A stretch of DNA of 64,000 bases from an uncultured delta proteobacterium (GTDB taxonomy: Bacteria > Desulfobacterota > Desulfobacteria > Desulfobacterales > QNYZ01). Position 1 is the first letter of the stretch; every line of letters starts with the position of its first letter. The notes under the pieces were generated by a model. That model had not been told where the DNA came from and made no database searches. It saw only the letters and a program-made list of their open reading frames with translations. Positions 60,993-64,000 of this stretch are shown here, one piece after another. Location: NCBI GenBank assembly GCA_963845145.1, contig CAWJQU010000008.1, positions 128,001 through 192,000 on the forward strand, in the 5' to 3' direction. A program made the translations under genes and the position numbers.

Positions 60993-62399
60993 ATGCATAA
61001 TGATGTGTTAACAAGAATGGGAGACGGCGAACGGCTGTGGATGCCGGCCGAAGAGGTCAAAGAAGACATTCAGGCCGGAACGGAGGATGCGGCCCGGCGG
61101 GGTGAAATTCCGGCTTTATCACCAGAAGAGCAGGCCGCTTTGTTCGATATCATTGCCGAGCCAGGCCGAATCGTCAGCGTCAATCCCGGTGAAGAGGTCA
61201 TCGTCACGGATGATGGTTGCACCATGAGTTTCTATTCGGGCCAGGATGGGGGTGGTGTGGGAACGCCCATGAGTCGTTTACAAGCGGTCTTGACATATGA
61301 ACGGGCCTGCGGTGCGGATACAACTTCCATGGGGCACAGCGATTACAGCTATAAACCGGTCAAACCCATTATCAACTTTGAAGCCAACGATTACTACAAT
61401 ATTTGCCAGTCAACCACGGCTCCCTTCTGGTATGGTGCGCAACCCAATATGGGCCTCTATTTTCAACCGGACGGCCCCTGCCCCAATGCTGCCGAATTAA
61501 TGCCTGAAGGAAAAATCGACGAAGCCCGCGAAGCTCAGGAGCAAGCAGCGGAGATGCTGACCAACGATCTTGTTTTCGTGGGTAAGCGCCTGGCGGATGT
61601 GGGGCTGGAGGGGCTCAATTTTGATACCAGCGGCAGTGCCGGAGATGCCGATTTTCTGGCAGCATTGCAGGCGGTTGAAAAGTTGAAAGCGATGTTTCCC
61701 GACCTACCGATTCTAATGGGGGCCTCTGGAGAATTTATTATCGGGATGCACGGCGAGATTGAATACAAAGGTCAACGCCTTGCCGGTATGTATCCCCAAG
61801 ATCAGGTCCGGATTATCGAACAGGCCGGAGCGGATATTTACGGGATGGCGATCAATACCAGCACAACAGCGTCCGTCCCCTGGAACCTCTCCAGAGCGGT
61901 GACCTTTCTAAAATCCGCCTCAGGGGCGTCAACCATACCGGTGCACGCAAATGTCGGAATGGGTGTCTGTGGTATTCCCATGATGGAGCAGCCGCCCATT
62001 GATTGTGTCACCCGGGTATCAAAGGCCCTGGTGCAAATTGGCAAAGCGGACGGGTTGTAGATAGGCGTCGGAGATCCCATGGGGATGGGTATCGCCCACA
62101 TCATGGCTTCTTGCATGGGAGGAATTCGGACGGCTGGAGATCTGGTCGCCTGGATGCAAATGACCCGTCGCATGAAAATTGCGGAAGCCAAAACATATGT
62201 GGCCGATAAATTGGGGATTGATGTCTTCGACTTGACCAATGAAGAAATCATGCGTGAACTCAGGGAGGACCTGGGAATCGGCACGGTGACTTCCATTGCG
62301 GGAAAACCAAAAGGCATGACCGCCAAATTTAAAATCGCAGACTTGTTAGAAATCCCTATTCGATCAGTAGCACTTTTCAAAAAGCAGTTAGGAATATGA
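60993..62399 (+). CDS. mtbB: Pyrrolysine-containing dimethylamine methyltransferase family protein (468 aa, Pyl356)
   Basis: [17 protein letters not shown]. In-frame TAG at 62058-62060 in [15 protein letters not shown], continuing into [10 protein letters not shown]. Confidence 0.93.
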
Positions 62400-62483
62400 G
62401 GTTTCCTGGAAGGCTGTATCAGCAGTGGACAGGTACCCAAAAATAATTCATAAAATCAAATAAATTTAAGAGAGGAGTAACGT

Positions 62484-63125
62484 ATGTCGGCTGAAATCTA
62501 TGAGGCGGCTATGGCGGCAATCCTGAAAGGCGATCCTGATGCCGCCACAGCGGTGGCGGAAAAAGGCCTGAATGAGGGAATCGATCCGGTAGTGCTGATC
62601 AATAGTGGATTTATACCCGCCATCAGTGAAGTGGGCGAGCAATTCGGCAGCGGACGGCTTTTTTTGCCGGAACTGATGAAAGCCGCGAAGGCGATGCAGG
62701 CCGCCACCGATGTCATTAATAAGGCGCTGCCCGAGAATGAAGCCTCAACCAGCGGACGCATCATCATCGGCACCGTGGAGGGCGATGTGCATGATATTGG
62801 GAAAACCATCGTCATTTCCTTGCTCAAAGCCCACGGGTTTGATGTCAAAGACCTGGGTCGGGATGCGACGGTGGACCATATTATTGATGAGGCTGAAAAA
62901 TTCAATGCCCAAATTATCGGAACCAGCGCCCTCTTGACGACCACAATGCCGCGTCAAAAGGAACTTGAAGAGGCCTTGAAATCTCGAGGATTGAAAGAGA
63001 AGTTTAAAACCATCGTCGGCGGGGCACCGGTTACCACGCGATGGGCCAAGCGAATCGGGGCGGATGGGTATGCCGAGAATGCGACCGATGCGGTTAAACT
63101 GGCCAAAACACTATTAGAGGCATAA
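62484..63125 (+). CDS. Methyltransferase cognate corrinoid protein (MttC/MtbC-like)
   Basis: FLPELM cap, GTVEGDVHDIGK (DxHxxG), SALLTTT, VGGAP. Confidence 0.93.
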   Translation: MSAEIYEAAMAAILKGDPDAATAVAEKGLNEGIDPVVLINSGFIPAISEVGEQFGSGRLFLPELMKAAKAMQAATDVINKALPENEASTSGRIIIGTVEGDVHDIGKTIVISLLKAHGFDVKDLGRDATVDHIIDEAEKFNAQIIGTSALLTTTMPRQKELEEALKSRGLKEKFKTIVGGAPVTTRWAKRIGADGYAENATDAVKLAKTLLEA

Positions 63126-63144
63126 ATACCGTCGACATGGTCCC

Positions 63145-63807
63145 ATGAACGTACTTGAAAATGTGAGAATATCGCCGGACGTCAAAGAGATTCTCAGGCG
63201 CCTCCATATGGCCGGGGACGCGCCTTGTGCACTTGTCGTCGATTGTATCGATCAGGTATGGTCGCTGATCGATCCTAAAATCGCGTTCCGGCGATGTTCG
63301 ATCACCATGATACAAGACGGTTGCGTATATATCGATGAGACCTGTCTGAAAAGCCGCATTTTGAGTCGCAAAATGGATCGCTCCAGGCCGATCTTTCCCT
63401 ATGTGGTTACCCTGGGGAATCGGCTGGAAGAGAAGATCAGGGCAACCGATGATATATTGGAACAGTACTACCTCGATACCATCGCCAATGTCGCTTTAAA
63501 CACCCTTTTGCAGACGCTCGAAACCCATCTACAGGTGACCTACAATCTCAACTGCCTCTCCAGCATGGCGCCGGGCTCCCTGGAAGAGTGGCCGGTTGAG
63601 GAGCAAGCCCCCTTATTCACCATAATTGGCGATGTTGAAACGGCCATCGGTGTCCAACTGACAGAGGTATTCCTCATGCTTCCCGCCAAATCGGAATCGG
63701 GTGTTTTTTTTCCAACCACCGAAAAATTTATAAGTTGCCGTATTTGCCCACGATCAGATTGTGATCTACGAAAAGCCGGATATGAGGGCCAATCCGGTAA
63801 TGATTGA
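63145..63807 (+). CDS. Stand-alone B12-dependent methionine synthase activation-domain-like protein
   Basis: YVVTLG, MAPGSLEEWP, IGVQLTEVFLMLPAKSESG, C-terminal CRICPRSDC. Confidence 0.75.
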   Translation: MNVLENVRISPDVKEILRRLHMAGDAPCALVVDCIDQVWSLIDPKIAFRRCSITMIQDGCVYIDETCLKSRILSRKMDRSRPIFPYVVTLGNRLEEKIRATDDILEQYYLDTIANVALNTLLQTLETHLQVTYNLNCLSSMAPGSLEEWPVEEQAPLFTIIGDVETAIGVQLTEVFLMLPAKSESGVFFPTTEKFISCRICPRSDCDLRKAGYEGQSGND

Positions 63808-63825
63808 AAAAAATTTTCGAAACAA

Positions 63826-64000
63826 TCAAATTTCTCTTTCCAAATTGATGGTTTTAGACGGACCAAAATCATTCGCGCTGAAAAAGCTAATCAGCTTAGA
63901 GTCATCCAGATCGACCAGGGTACTGACCTTTTTCACGCCAAGACTTCTCAGGTGATCCATGAATTCAACGATCAACTGTTCGCCGACGCCTCTATTCTGG
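63826..64000 (-). CDS. GNAT N-acetyltransferase, C-terminal part
   Basis: Read by hand: QNRGVGEQLIVEFMDHLRSLGVKKVSTLVDLDDSKLISFFSANDFGPSKTINLEREI*; resembles the GNAT at 38919. Confidence 0.7.
   Translation of the reverse strand, partial: QNRGVGEQLIVEFMDHLRSLGVKKVSTLVDLDDSKLISFFSANDFGPSKTINLEREI

Noticed and set aside
59498..62399. mttB and mtbB as nonsense-disrupted pseudogenes
   Set aside because: Both TAGs fall in the conserved Pyl context and a complete pyl system is adjacent.
1..64000. CRISPR array, rRNA, and the many short overlapping or antisense ORFs in the track
   Set aside because: No repeat-spacer periodicity or rRNA-like sequence seen; the short ORFs shadow well-supported genes and lack recognisable motifs.

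Overview
This is a bacterial chromosome segment, probably from a Desulfobacterales-like anaerobe (inferred from gene content). Bases 1-23.7 kb are minus-strand housekeeping genes: atpB/I/Z, pyrK, pgeF, comF, rlmB, gmk, remA, yicC, the lipid A/Lpt/Bam/Lol cluster (bamA has a 1-nt frameshift in a G7 run) and lysS. Bases 24-35 kb hold a GntR gene and a glutaryl-CoA degradation operon (non-decarboxylating glutaryl-CoA dehydrogenase, ETF, ETF-QO, thiolase, Hbd, Crt, GcdA) with a 179-bp MITE inside it. Bases 35-45 kb hold hydroxyproline dehydratase HypD with its activase, small accessory genes, a group II intron 3' remnant and a DUF748 gene. Bases 45-64 kb carry a complete but rearranged pyrrolysine system: pylSc-pylC-pylD on + and pylT-pylB-pylSn on -, with a tRNA-Pyl that has an enlarged D-loop. 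This system encloses a TrmB regulator and a polar amino-acid ABC transporter. It is followed by an apparent operon encoding a non-Pyl MttB-family enzyme, saccharopine dehydrogenase, lysine-ketoglutarate reductase, Pyl-MttB, Pyl-MtbB (both with in-frame TAG), a corrinoid protein and a MetH-type reactivation domain. Three promoters in this region share a GTTGTC-N8-GACAAC operator. The main hypothesis (inference) is a regulon that takes up N-epsilon-trimethyllysine and demethylates it stepwise to lysine, partly with pyrrolysine enzymes, then degrades the lysine via saccharopine and possibly glutaryl-CoA.
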